Shown: positions 1-10,873 of the stretch, one piece after another | Position numbering within the stretch: position 1 is the stretch's first letter | How the letters are laid out: every line of letters begins with the position of its first letter | Source: an uncultured Actinomycetes bacterium | GTDB taxonomy: Bacteria; Actinomycetota; UBA4738; HRBIN12 | Reading direction: 5' to 3' | Assembly: GCA_963780015.1 (NCBI GenBank) | Contig: CAWAAO010000003.1 | Coordinates: 329,402-393,401 of the forward strand | DNA length: 64,000 nt | Made by a program: the position numbers and the translations under genes | Notes under the pieces: model-generated | Database searches by the model: none | What the model was told of the DNA's origin: nothing | What the model saw: the letters and a program-made list of their open reading frames with translations, nothing else

Positions 1-71
1 GCCATGCGGCGCAGCCTACCCTCGACCGACGGCGTATTGCGTTCTGCGGATCCGGGACGGATGCTTTGAGG

Positions 72-338
72 ATGACCACCCGGGTGCACTCGTTGGCCGG
101 CGCCGCGATCGGGGCGGTGGCGGGCCTGGTCGCAGGAGTGCTCGCCGCGCTCGTCGGGGGTTTCTTCATGATCTTCTTCGCGTTCGCCAAGGACGACGAC
201 GCCTGGTGGGCACGGCTTCTGATCCAGCCGCCCGCGGTGTGGTTGCTTCTGGGCGTGCTTTCCGGGGCAACGATCGGGTTCATGTACGCCCGCCGCGATC
301 GACCCGAGCGTTTGCCGCTTCGCCCTGACGCTGCGTGA
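72..338 (+). CDS. small membrane protein (2 predicted TM helices)
   Basis: ORF with two hydrophobic Gly/Ala-rich stretches; ATG at 72. Confidence 0.6.
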   Translation: MTTRVHSLAGAAIGAVAGLVAGVLAALVGGFFMIFFAFAKDDDAWWARLLIQPPAVWLLLGVLSGATIGFMYARRDRPERLPLRPDAA

Positions 339-407
339 CGGAAGCGTGCTTTCGGGCGCCTCCGGTTGCCAGGGTCACGCCCGGTCCTGTTGAATGACCC
401 CGTTCCC

Positions 408-1496
408 ATGGCCGAACGCGCGCAGCGCACATCTTCCCCTACGTCCCGACCTTCCCAAGGGACGGAAGGGGTTCTCGGGTTCCTTGGCCGCGATATGGCG
501 GTCGATCTCGGAACCGCGAACACCCTTGTCTATGTGCGAGGTCGTGGCGTGGTGCTCAACGAGCCCTCGGTCGTCGCCATCAACACGCTGACCGGCACGG
601 TGCTCGCCGTCGGCGCCGAGGCCAAGCGGATGATCGGCCGCACGCCGAGCCACATCCAGGCGGTCCGGCCTCTCAAGGACGGCGTGATCGCCGACTTCGA
701 CGTCACCGAGAAGATGCTCCGCTACTTCATCCAGCGCGTGCACAAGCGCCGCCTGCTCGCGAAGCCCCGCGTGGTCGTCTGCGTGCCGAGCGGCATCACC
801 GGCGTCGAACAGCGCGCGGTGGAGGAGGCCACGATCGCCGCGGGCAGCCGTCGCGCCTACATCATCGAGGAGCCGATGGCCGCCGCGATCGGCGCCGGGC
901 TCCCGATCCACGAGCCCACCGGCAACATGATCGTCGACATCGGCGGTGGCACGACCGAGGTCGCGGTGATCTCGCTCGGCGGCATCGTCACGTCGACGTC
1001 GATCCGCATCGGCGGCGACGAGCTCGACGAGGCGATCATCCAGCACGTCAAGAAGGAGTACTCGCTGCTGCTCGGCGAGCGCACGTCCGAGGCGATCAAG
1101 CTCGCGATCGCATCGGTGTTCCCGATGCCCGAGGAGCTCGTCGCCGAGATCAAGGGCCGCGACCTCGTCAGCGGGCTGCCGAAGACCATCACGATCAGCG
1201 CCGAGGAGATCCGCCGCGCGATCGAGGAGCCGGTGAACGCGATCATCGACTCGATCAAGACCACCCTGGACCGCACCCCCCCGGAACTTGCGGCCGACAT
1301 CATGGACCGCGGCATCGTCCTGACCGGCGGCGGCGCCTTGCTGCGCGGCCTGGACAAGCGGCTCCGCCACGAGACCGGCATGCCGGTCCGCATCTCCGAC
1401 ATGCCGTTGCAGGCGGTCGTGCTCGGTTCCGGTAAGTGCCTCGAGGAATTCGAGGTGCTCCAGCGCGTCCTGGTGAGCCCGAGCAGCCGGCGGTAA
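408..1496 (+). CDS. mreB: rod shape-determining protein MreB
   Basis: DLGTANT, EPSVVA, DIGGGTTEVA and GIVLTGGGALL actin-like ATPase motifs; first gene of the mre cluster; start uncertain. Confidence 0.97.
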   Translation: MAERAQRTSSPTSRPSQGTEGVLGFLGRDMAVDLGTANTLVYVRGRGVVLNEPSVVAINTLTGTVLAVGAEAKRMIGRTPSHIQAVRPLKDGVIADFDVTEKMLRYFIQRVHKRRLLAKPRVVVCVPSGITGVEQRAVEEATIAAGSRRAYIIEEPMAAAIGAGLPIHEPTGNMIVDIGGGTTEVAVISLGGIVTSTSIRIGGDELDEAIIQHVKKEYSLLLGERTSEAIKLAIASVFPMPEELVAEIKGRDLVSGLPKTITISAEEIRRAIEEPVNAIIDSIKTTLDRTPPELAADIMDRGIVLTGGGALLRGLDKRLRHETGMPVRISDMPLQAVVLGSGKCLEEFEVLQRVLVSPSSRR

Positions 1497-1502
1497 CCCG
1501 GC

Positions 1503-2376
1503 GTGTCCTCCCGCTCGGGCTCCCGCAGCGCGCGTCTCCTCGTCGTCGGTCTGGTCGCCGTCTCGCTCGCGATCATCACGCTCGACTACCGCCAGGGGGA
1601 CGCCGGGCCGCTGGCCAGCATGGGTCGTGCGGCGCAGACCTTCATGGCGCCCATGCAGCAGGCCGTGACGACCGCGACGCGCCCCGTGGGCGACTTCTTC
1701 TCGGGGCTGGCGCACCTGCCGGCCTTGGCGCGCGAGAACCAGGACCTGAAGCAGCAGGTGGCCGACCTCCAGACCCGGATCGCCGGCGACGTGCCACGTC
1801 AGGCCGAGCTCCAACGGATAGCCGATCTGCTCAACCTGCAGACCACGCTCTATCCGACGGCGGTACCGGCGGTCGTGATCGGCAACGGGTCTGTCCAACT
1901 TCGACTACACCGTCACGATCGACAGCGGCACCAACGATGGCATCCACGTCGGCCAACCGGTCGTGACGGGCAGCGTGGACTCGCCGAGACTGGTCGGCCA
2001 GGTCGTGTCGACGACGTCGATCTCGGCCGACGTCGAGCTGTTGATCGACCGCAACTTCGAGGTCGCCGGCGCTCTGGCAACGTCGGGCGTGACGGGTCTC
2101 GTGCGGGGCCAGGGGGATCTGGACCTCACGATGGCCGACATCCCCGCCGGCACGACGTTTCCGGAGGGCGAGCCGGAGTACGTCTTCACCGTGACGTACG
2201 ACATCGGCGGTCACCAGGGGCGCTACCCGCCGAACATCCTGATCGGGGAGGTCTCGTCGGTGCACGAGGGCTCGAACGCGCTCGACACCGACGTGTCGAT
2301 CAGCCCGGCGGTGGACTTCTCGTCGCTGGAGTTCGTCTTGGTGTTGCAGACCCCACCCGGAGATACGACTCCGTGA
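1503..2376 (+). CDS. mreC: rod shape-determining protein MreC (frameshift near 1890)
   Basis: N-terminal TM plus coiled coil (ARENQDLKQQ) in one frame; LVGQV...YPPNILIGEV...PAVDFSSLEFVLV in the next; follows mreB. Confidence 0.9.
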
Positions 2377-2886
2377 CGCGCCGCGTCCTTGCGATCGCGG
2401 CGATCGTCATCACCGCGGCGCTGCTGCAGTCGACCGTCTTCGCGCAGCTCCGACTGCTCGGCGTGCGCCCGGAGCTGCTGTTCCTCGTGACGATCGTGAT
2501 CGCGATGCTCGAAGGTCCGTCGGAAGGCGCCGTCGTCGGGTTCGTCTGCGGGCTTGACCCAGGACATGCTGTTGAACCAACCGAAGGGGATCACGGCGCT
2601 GACCCTGACGCTGCTCGGCTACGCGGTGGGGATGGCTCGCCAATACATCGTGTCGCCCTCGCCGCTGGTGCCGACGATCGTGGTCGCGATCGGCACCGCG
2701 CTCGGGATCGCGTTCTACGAGGTCGTCGCGTTCCTGCTGGGGCAGTTCGAGGCGACGCGTGCACGTACGCCGTGAGGGTCGCGCTGCTGACGGCGCTTGT
2801 ACAACGCGGTGCTTACACCGATCCTTTACCCCCTGCTGCGACGCATAGTTGAGGGATCCCGACCTCGCAGGGTGGTGCGTTTCTAA
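2373..2886 (+). CDS. mreD: rod shape-determining protein MreD (frameshifted)
   Basis: GTG overlaps the mreC stop; hydrophobic GVRPELL...GAVVGFVCGL-QD...G.TAL pattern; ends at TAA 2886. Confidence 0.88.
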
Positions 2887-4818
2887 ATGGAGAAGGCTTC
2901 GTCGCGTCTGCGCGTCCTGGCGTTGCTCGTGGCGCTGATGTTCATCGCGTTGTCGACCCGGCTGTGGTTCCTCCAAGTTCTTGCGACGCAAGGCTTCGAC
3001 AAGGAAGCGACGCGCAATTCCGTGCGATTCGCCTACACGGATCCGCTGCGTGGCCAGATCTATGACGCACAGGGCCGCAAGCTCGTGGTCAACCAGGAGA
3101 GCCTCGAGGTGCGCATCACGCCGGATCAGCTGGGGGACAAGGGCGAGGCCGTCGTCGGGCCGCGTCGCCGAGCTTGCCAACGTCCCGGTCGGCGACATCG
3201 TGTCGAAGCTGCAGGACAAGCGATTCCTGCCCTCCCAGGCGATCCCCGTCGCCGAGTTCGTTCCGAAAGAGGTCAGCTTCTACATCGCGGAGCACCGCAA
3301 GCAGTTTCCCGGCGTCCAGGTCGTGTCGACGGCGGTGCGTTCGTACCCGTTCGGGCGGCTCGCCGCCCAAGTGCTCGGCTACACCGGCTTGATCGACGCG
3401 GAACACTACGCGGCGCTCCAGAAGGAGGGCTACGGACCCAACGACATCATCGGCACAACCGGCTTGGAGTCGGTCTACGAGCCGTATCTGCGGGGCGAGC
3501 GGGGCAAGCAGAAGCTGATCGTCAACGCCGACGGCGAGACGATCCAAGCGCTCGGCACGATCCCGCCGACGCCGGGCGACGATCTCGCCCTGGCGTTGGA
3601 TGCCCGGGTCCAGCGGCTCGCCGAGAAAGCGCTCGCCGAGGGGATGGTCGCACGCGCGGCTGCCTACCACGACCAGAACGGCCGTCCCTATCAGGCGAAC
3701 GCCGGCGCCGTCGTCGTGCTCGACGCGAACACCGGCGGCGTCGTCGCGATGGTGTCGAACCCCGGCTTCGACCCCAGCTGGTACGTACACGGCCTGACGC
3801 CGCAGCAGCAGAAGTACCTGACGAAGAACGCGAACGCGCCGTCGGTCAACCGCGCGACCCAGTTGACCTATCAGCCGGGGTCGACCTTCAAGTCGATCAC
3901 CGGGCTGACGGCGATCAAGGAGGGCTTCGCGACGATGTCCGGGTATTACCCATGTGACGGGCCGTACACGAAACCGGGCGACGAGTCGGGGACCGTGTTC
4001 AACAACTGGACAGACGTGAACCTCGGTGGGATGACCATCAGCCATGCGCTGGTCGTCTCGTGCGACACGGTGTTCGATGCCTTCGGCGCCGACTTCTACG
4101 ATCAGTACGTGCAGAACTCGCTCGGGACGCACGGCGATCTCCTGGAGCGGGACCTCCACGACTGGGGCTTCGAGTCGCCGACGGGTGTCGATCTGCCTGC
4201 AGAGGCCACGGGCCTCGTGCCAGACCCGGCATGGGCCGAGACCGCACGCGCCGCCGATGGATCGAGCTTGTTCCCGTATGGATGGGTGCCCGGTGGCGAC
4301 ATCTTGACGATGATCGGCTCGGGCTACGTCCAGGTGACGCCCCTGCAGCTCGCGCAGGCCTACGCCGCGATCGCGAACGGCGGCCACCTGTGCCGTCCAC
4401 ACCTCGTCGATCAGATCTTGGCGCCGGACGGTTCCACGGCGAAACGGGTCGACAGTCGCTGCGACCGCACGATCCCGTACTCGCCCCAGGAGCTCGGCTA
4501 TATCCGCGGGGCGCTCCGTGGGGTGGTCGTCGACCGGCGGCACCGCGGCGTGCGCCTTCGCCGGGTTCCCGACCTCGCAGGTCGCCGTGGCCGGCAAGAC
4601 GGGGACCGCGGAACGGAACCGGGTTCCAGGACACGTCGTGGTTCGCCTCGATGGTGGGTCCCGACCCCGACCACCCGCAGTACGTGATCGTCACGATGGT
4701 CGAGCAGGGCGGCTTCGGCGGGCAGACCGCAGCGCCGATCACGCGTCAGGTGATCGACGCGCTCTACCCGACGATCAACGACGCCAGTCAGCCGAGCTGC
4801 ACCTCATCGGATCGCTGA
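2887..4818 (+). CDS. mrdA: penicillin-binding protein 2 (frameshifted)
   Basis: N-terminal TM, RGQIYD, PGSTFK (SxxK), SCD and KTGT motifs spread over consecutive frames. Confidence 0.93.
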
Positions 4819-5967
4819 TGGACGTCGTCGCGGGGCGCGCGTTTGCGGACGAACGGCGGCCGATCCGCCACGTCGACTGGCTGCTGATCGTGATCACCCT
4901 TGGGCTCTCGGTGGTCGGGCTCTTCCTGCTGTACTCGGCCACGAACCAGACGCTCCGCCAGGACGGGCTCGACCCGTTCGCCCGGGTGAGCAAGCAGGCG
5001 TTCACGATCGGTCTCGGGGTCGTCGTGCTGCTGGTGATGTCGAGCGTCGACTACCGGTTCTTCAAGGTCTACGCCGGGTTCATCTATCTGGCGTCGCTGC
5101 TGGCGCTGGTGCTCGTTCGCATCCCGGGGATCGGGTCCACCGACTCGACCGGGACCGCGCAGCGATGGTTCGCGCTCGGCGGCATCCAGATCACGCCATC
5201 GGAGTTCTGCAAGCTCGCGCTGATCGTCATGCTTGCCGCCGTGCTGTCGGAGCTGCGCACGCCGGTGCCGACGCTCGCCGATCTGCTCAAGCTGTTGGGG
5301 CTCGCCGCAGTGCCCGCTCGTCCTGGTGTTCCTGCAGCCCGACATCGGGACGTCGATCGGCATCACGGCGATCGTCGTGGGCATGCTGATCGTGGCCGGC
5401 ACGCGGCTGAAGCATCTGCTCATCCTCACGGCGGTCGGTGTGGTCCTGATCGGACTGGTGTTCCAAACCGACGCGATCGAGAACTATCAGCGCGCGCGCC
5501 TGGTTGCGTTCCTCGACCCGCAGAACGCCTCGGCCGATGTGCGCTACAACCTCGACCAGTCCCTGATCGCGGTCGGCTCCGGCGGTCTGACCGGGAAGGG
5601 CTATCTGAACGGCACCCAGACCAACCTGGACTACGTGCCCGAGCAGCACACCGACTTCATCTTCACCGTCGCGGGGGAGGAGTTCGGGTTCCTCGGGGCG
5701 ATCGCGCTGCTCGCGCTGTTCGCGCTGCTGCTGTGGCGCGCGATCCGGATCGCGTGGATGGCGAAGGACCCGTTCGGCACCTACGTGGCGGCCGGCATCG
5801 CCTCGATGTTCGCGGTCCAGATGTTCGTGAACATCGGGATGGTGATCGGGATCATGCCCATCACGGGCATCCCGCTGCCGTTCCTGTCCTACGGCGGGAC
5901 CTCGATCCTGGTGAGCTTCGCCGGCGTGGGGATGCTCGAGAGCATCCACATGCGCCGCTTCATCTAG
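4818..5967 (+). CDS. rodA: SEDS peptidoglycan polymerase RodA (frameshift near 5310)
   Basis: AQRWF, PSEF.K, QPDIGT, VPEQHTDFIF and GIPLPFLSYGG motifs. Confidence 0.95.
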
Positions 5968-5970
5968 GGG

Positions 5971-7116
5971 TCAAGACCCGATCCGCCACAGGAACGTGGA
6001 GCCCTCAGGCCCGGTGTCCTCCAGGACGACGTCGCCGTCCATCGCGTGCGCGGACATGCGGGCGAGCGACAGCCCGATCCCGATGCCCTGATGGTGGCGC
6101 GTCTGCAGTTGCTCGGCCTGCTCCAGCGGCTCGAAGATCCGCGCCGCCGCGTCCGCATCGACGCCGGGGCCCTGATCGATCACCCGGACCGCGATGCCGT
6201 CCTCGGTATCGACCCGAAGCGTGACGACGCCGTCGGCCGGACTGAAGGCCAGCGCGTTGTCGACGAGCTCCTCGAGGATCCGCAACCCGGCGGTGCGGTT
6301 GAGGGTGATCATCGCGGGCGCCCGCGGCACCTCGACGACGATGCGTGGATCGCGTTCGGCCACCTCCGCGACCAGCTCGCTGACGTTCAGCCACTCGGTC
6401 AGTCCCGCTTCGATCACGGCCTCGAACCGTTGCACCAGTCGAGCCAGCCCCTCGGCGCGCTCGACGAGCACCTGCAGCGCCTCGTCCAGCTCGGCCGGCG
6501 GCATCTGTCCGCGCTGCATCGTCTGGGCGATGCCGAGGATGACGGTGACCGGCGTACGCAGCTCGTGGCCGACGCGCCCGATCAGCTGCTGGCGGTGGGC
6601 GGCGCGTTCCAACAGGGCTTCTTGCGCGAGCTCCAGCTGCCGGGCGCGGCGGCGTTCGCGGTCCAGCGCATCGGTCATCTCCTCGATCACCACGGGGGTG
6701 ACCTCGGGGGAGAGCATCGCGCCACCGCTCACGGCTTCGCGCACGGCGTGCACGATCGCGTCGGAGTCGGAGCCCTTCAAGACGTAGCCGGTGGCGCCCG
6801 CAACGAGCATGTCGCGGATCGAGCGCTGCTCCTCCATGCTGCTGAGCGCGATCACGCCGATGTTGGGTCGCGCGGCCTTCAGACGTCGTGTCGCCTCGAT
6901 CCCGTCCATGTCGGGCATCCGGATGTCCATCAGCACGACATCGGGGGCGAGCCGTCGGACGAGCTCGATCGCCTCTTCGCCCGAGCGTGCCTGGCCGATC
7001 ACTTCGAGGTCTTCGCCGCTCAGCAGGAACACCAGCGACTCGCGGAAGCCGTCGTTGTCGTCGACGACGAGCACGCGGATGCGCTCGGGGGCGCCGAGGG
7101 GTTGGGTCGCGCTCAC
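5971..7116 (-). CDS. hybrid response regulator receiver-histidine kinase
   Basis: REC domain (VLVVDD, DVVLMDIRMP, GYVLK), HisKA (HELRTP) and HATPase (LVDNA, DQGPG, GIGIGL); GTG 7116 preferred over ATG 7137 because of promoter spacing. Confidence 0.9.
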   Translation of the reverse strand: MSATQPLGAPERIRVLVVDDNDGFRESLVFLLSGEDLEVIGQARSGEEAIELVRRLAPDVVLMDIRMPDMDGIEATRRLKAARPNIGVIALSSMEEQRSIRDMLVAGATGYVLKGSDSDAIVHAVREAVSGGAMLSPEVTPVVIEEMTDALDRERRRARQLELAQEALLERAAHRQQLIGRVGHELRTPVTVILGIAQTMQRGQMPPAELDEALQVLVERAEGLARLVQRFEAVIEAGLTEWLNVSELVAEVAERDPRIVVEVPRAPAMITLNRTAGLRILEELVDNALAFSPADGVVTLRVDTEDGIAVRVIDQGPGVDADAAARIFEPLEQAEQLQTRHHQGIGIGLSLARMSAHAMDGDVVLEDTGPEGSTFLWRIGS

Positions 7117-7125
7117 CGGGGAAGC

Positions 7126-7151
7126 ATCGGCAGGCATCGTCCGGAGCGTTA
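7126..7151 (-). promoter_or_regulatory. putative sigma-28/WhiG-type promoter TAAC-N16-GCCGAT
   Basis: motif lies 9 nt upstream of GTG 7116. Confidence 0.5.
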
Positions 7152-7256
7152 CCCGGCCGATGACGGGTTCATCGAAGGGATAGCGATATCGGCCAGATGA
7201 CCCACACCGGGCGGAATGGCAGGTTCCGGCTCCACGGTCGGGGCCACCCCTGCTGG

Positions 7257-7558
7257 TATCCTCGGTGCAGATGTGACCGCCGGGCCGGAGCCTCCGCCCG
7301 TGCGGGAGTAGCGATCAATCGTCGAGGTGGCGCGCGATCGCCGCAGGCAGCCAATCAGGGCGCCGCGGCCGATTGCGAGCGCCAGGCCGAAGGAACGTAC
7401 CGAGTGCAGACAGCACGTCGCCCGGCGCGCGGGTTCCCCCGCTGCGCGGGCCTTCATGCAGCACGATCCAGCGGTTCCGCCCATGGGCGGACGTTGGTCC
7501 CGGTCGGTTCCCCTGGTGCACCCGCCCCTCGCGCAACGCGAGAGGAGTGATCCCACCG
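7257..7558 (+). promoter_or_regulatory. rne -10 box (TATCCT) and long structured 5' leader
   Basis: TATCCT at 7257-7262, several inverted repeats, SD AGAGGAG before ATG 7559. Confidence 0.5.
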
Positions 7559-9773
7559 ATGGATCAAGACACCACACCGGCGGCACCCGCCGCCCCGCCT
7601 TCTGCCCCGACCGAGGACTCGCCGAGGCGAGCCTCCACCTGGGGCAAGGTCCAGGTGAAGCCGAAGGTCGAGCCCAAGGCGCCTGCGGCGAAGCCGCCAC
7701 GCGCCGCGCCGCGCCGCCCGCACCCGTGCGCGAACCCGCACCCGCGCCGGCACCCGCACCTGAGCCAGTGCCTGAGCGCGCGGCAACAGCGCAACCGACC
7801 GAGCGGCCCGAGCGGACGGCTCGTGTCCCCGCACCGAAGCCTGAGACGACGTCGACGAACGAGTCGAATCCACCCTCGGGCGACGGCGAGACACGCGAGC
7901 CGGGCACCGGCGCTCCCCGGCGCCGGCGAAGCCGTGGTGGCCGCGGTCGCGGCGGCGGATCGCGCCCCGCGGGCACGACCACCGAGGGAGCCGAAGCGGA
8001 TCGGGACGAGACGTCCGACGGCGAGGCCGCGCCGAGGCAGCAGCCACGGCCGCGCCCGCAGCCGCGCCAGCAGCAACCGAAGGCCGCCGCCAACCGAGAC
8101 CGAGACCGGCGACGCCGAGAACGAGACGACCGATCGGAACACGCCGGACGCCGCCGAAGGCGAGAGCTCCCCGACGGGACCGAAGAAGCGCCGCCGCCGC
8201 CGCGGGGGCCGTGGTCGTGGAGGGAAGAAGCCCACGACGGTCGACGCCGACGATGCCGACGGCCTCGCCGGCGAGACCGCGGCGACCCAACGAGACGACG
8301 CCACGCCGGATGTCGACGCGACCGGCAACGGCCAGCGCCGACGCCGCAGCGCGCCAGAGTGGCGGCCAGAGCGGCGGCGAGACCACGCAGCGGAAGCCGT
8401 CGAAGCCAAGGACGATCGAGGAGCAGGTCGCCGCGGGTGGCCCCACGCGGGGCATCCGAAACACACGCAGTCGCACCGGTCGAGACGGCCGTCGTCGTCG
8501 CGACCCGATCGTGCCGCCACCGCGGATCACCGACAAGCTCATGGTGATCACGGAGCACGGTGAGCGCGATCAGATCGCGGTCCTCGAGGAAGACGTGCTC
8601 GTGCAGCACTACGTGACACGCGCCGGCGCCACCTCGATGGTCGGCAACGTCTACCTCGGGCGCGTGCAGAACGTGCTTCCGGGCATGGAGGCCGCGTTCG
8701 TCGACGTCGGCCGCGGCCGAAACGGCGTGCTGTACGCCGGCGAGGTCAACTACAGCCCCGAAGACATCGACGGTCCCGCGCCGCGCATCGAGCAGCTGCT
8801 CAAGCCCGGCCAGGCGGTCATGGTGCAGGTCACGAAGGACCCGATGGGGGGCAAGGGCGCGCGGCTGACCGCCAACCTGAGCCTCGCGGGCCGCTACATC
8901 GTGCTGGCGCCGAATCAGAACCTGCAGGGCATCAGCCGCCGGCTGGGCGACGACGCGCGGAAGCGGCTCAAGTCGTTGCTGAAGCGCGTGAAGCCCCCGG
9001 AGCACGGCGTGATCGTGCGCACGGCCGCCGAAGGCGCCACCGAGGAAGAGCTCGAGACCGATCTCCGCCGCCTGCTCGACATCTGGAACGACATCCAGTC
9101 CAAGGCGAAGAAGGGCAAGGCGCCGACCGGTCTGTACGAGGAGCCGGAGCTCACCGTTCGCGTGGTTCGCGACCTGTTCACCGACGAGGAGTACCGCGGG
9201 CTCGTCACCGACAGCCAGCGCGTCTACGACAAGATCCACGGCTACCTGCGTGAGGTCGCGCCCGATCTGGCGCAGAAGGTGACCCTGCACACGGGTCCCC
9301 TTCCCGCGTTCGAGGAGCACCGACTGGTCGAGCAGATCCACAAGGCGCTCGACAAGAAGGTGTGGCTGCCCTCCGGTGGCTACCTGTTCATCGAGCGCAC
9401 CGAGGCGATGACGATCGTCGACGTGAACACCGGCAAGTCGGTGGGCAAGACCAACCTCGAGGAAACCGTCGTGAACACGAACCTCGAGGCCGCCCGGGAG
9501 GTGGCGCGCCAGCTGCGTCTGCGCGACATCGGCGGCATCATCGTGGTCGACTTCATCGACATGCTCCTCGACAAGAACAAGAAGCAGGTCGAGGACACGA
9601 TGCGCGATGCGCTGGCGATCGACAAGACGCGCTCGCAGGTGTTCGAGATCGGACCGCTGGGCCTGATGCAGGTCACCCGCAAGCGGGTATCCTCGGGCCT
9701 GGTCGAATCGTTCTCCGAGACCTGCCCCACCTGCGAAGGCCGGGGCATCCTCCTTACCTACGACGTGGACTGA
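7559..9773 (+). CDS. rne: ribonuclease E/G with a long disordered N-terminus (frameshifts in the N-terminal part)
   Basis: VGNVYLGRVQNVLPGMEAAFVD, DVNTG and LRLRDIGGIIVVDFIDM motifs, CPTC zinc link, Arg-rich KKRRRRRGGRG segment. Confidence 0.95.
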
Positions 9774-9785
9774 AAGGATCTCCCC

Positions 9786-10094
9786 ATGTACGCGGTCATC
9801 AAGACGGGCGGCAAGCAGCACAAGGTGCAGGCCGGCGATGTGATCGAGGTCGAGAAGCTCCTCGGCCCCGACGAGACCCTGACCTTCACGCCGCTGCTCG
9901 TCGTCGACGACGCGGGGAAGACCTTTGCCGGCGCTGCCGCCTCCAAGGCGACGGTGACGGCGAAGGCCGTCGGCGAGGCGAAGGGCGACAAGGTCAAGGT
10001 CGTGAAGTACCGGCCCAAGACCGGGTATTCGCGCAAGAACGGTCACCGGCAGCAGTACACGTTGCTCGAGATCTCGGAAGTCAGCCTCGGCTGA
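9786..10094 (+). CDS. rplU: 50S ribosomal protein L21
   Basis: MYAVIKTGGKQHKV...GHRQQYT. Confidence 0.98.
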   Translation: MYAVIKTGGKQHKVQAGDVIEVEKLLGPDETLTFTPLLVVDDAGKTFAGAAASKATVTAKAVGEAKGDKVKVVKYRPKTGYSRKNGHRQQYTLLEISEVSLG

Positions 10095-10116
10095 GCGTTG
10101 GTAGCCTGGAGGACCT

Positions 10117-10374
10117 ATGGCACACAAGAAGGGCGGCGGCTCGTCTCGCAACGGCCGCGATTCCAACGCCAAGCGACTCGGTACGAAGGTCTACGGCGGC
10201 CAGGTGGTCACCGCGGGCTCGATCATCGTGCGCCAGCGCGGCACCAAGATCCACCCCGGTGAGGGCGTCGGCAAGGGCGGCGACGACACGCTGTTCGCGA
10301 CACGCCCCGGCACCGTGACCTTCCGCGAGTCTCGCGGCCGCAAGTTCGCGGTCGTCGAGCCGATCCCGGCCTAG
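10117..10374 (+). CDS. rpmA: 50S ribosomal protein L27
   Basis: [16 protein letters not shown]...IIVRQRGT. Confidence 0.99.
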   Translation: MAHKKGGGSSRNGRDSNAKRLGTKVYGGQVVTAGSIIVRQRGTKIHPGEGVGKGGDDTLFATRPGTVTFRESRGRKFAVVEPIPA

Positions 10375-10832
10375 CCGCCGGCCCCGCGCGCGGCGGCCGC
10401 GGCCGCGCGGATCTCCAGCATCCACTCTTTCGCCGTCGGCCCGAGCTCGGTCGAGGCACTCGCCAGGTAGCTCGCGTTCGCACGCCGTTGCTTGCGTTTG
10501 GAAGCCGGCTTCGGCCCGCGGTTGCCGAACATCAGCGTCGGCGGCGCTTCGCCGGGCTGTGGGCCGGCCGGGGCGAGCGGCGGCGGCTTCGACAGGTAGA
10601 AGGCGGTGGCCCGCTTCACGCCCTCCTCCAGGGTGTGGACCAGGAACACCGGTGAGCCGACGACCCGCTTGACCTTGGTGACATGCGTCAGCTCGATCGT
10701 GCGACCCCCGCCGTCGTCGGTTCGTTCGAACCGCAACGCACGCTCGTCGAGCGTGAGCATTCCCTCGATGTCGTCGGGCGAGCGCTCCAGCTCCACCATC
10801 CACACGATCATCGGCTGCGGCATCGGCACCAT
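10371..10832 (-). CDS. hypothetical protein, possibly PH-like fold
   Basis: ORF fills the rpmA-obg gap; beta-rich [13 protein letters not shown] followed by a C-terminal helix; start could be 10811. Confidence 0.6.
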   Translation of the reverse strand: MVPMPQPMIVWMVELERSPDDIEGMLTLDERALRFERTDDGGGRTIELTHVTKVKRVVGSPVFLVHTLEEGVKRATAFYLSKPPPLAPAGPQPGEAPPTLMFGNRGPKPASKRKQRRANASYLASASTELGPTAKEWMLEIRAAAAAARGAGG

Positions 10833-10873
10833 CTTCCTCGCGCAGGCGGTCCGCGACCACCTACCCTATGCCC

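Noticed and set aside
7700-8300. Short tandem repeats (GCACCC, CGAGAC) in the rne 5' region
   Set aside because: They encode Pro/Ala- and Thr/Glu-rich low-complexity linker typical of actinobacterial RNase E.
7149-10172. Very long antisense or alternative-frame ORFs (for example 1007 aa at 7149-10172, 801 aa at 32395-34800, 773 aa at 39322-41643)
   Set aside because: These are mostly shadow ORFs expected in high-GC DNA opposite real genes. Only part of 32395-34800 is the real molybdoenzyme.
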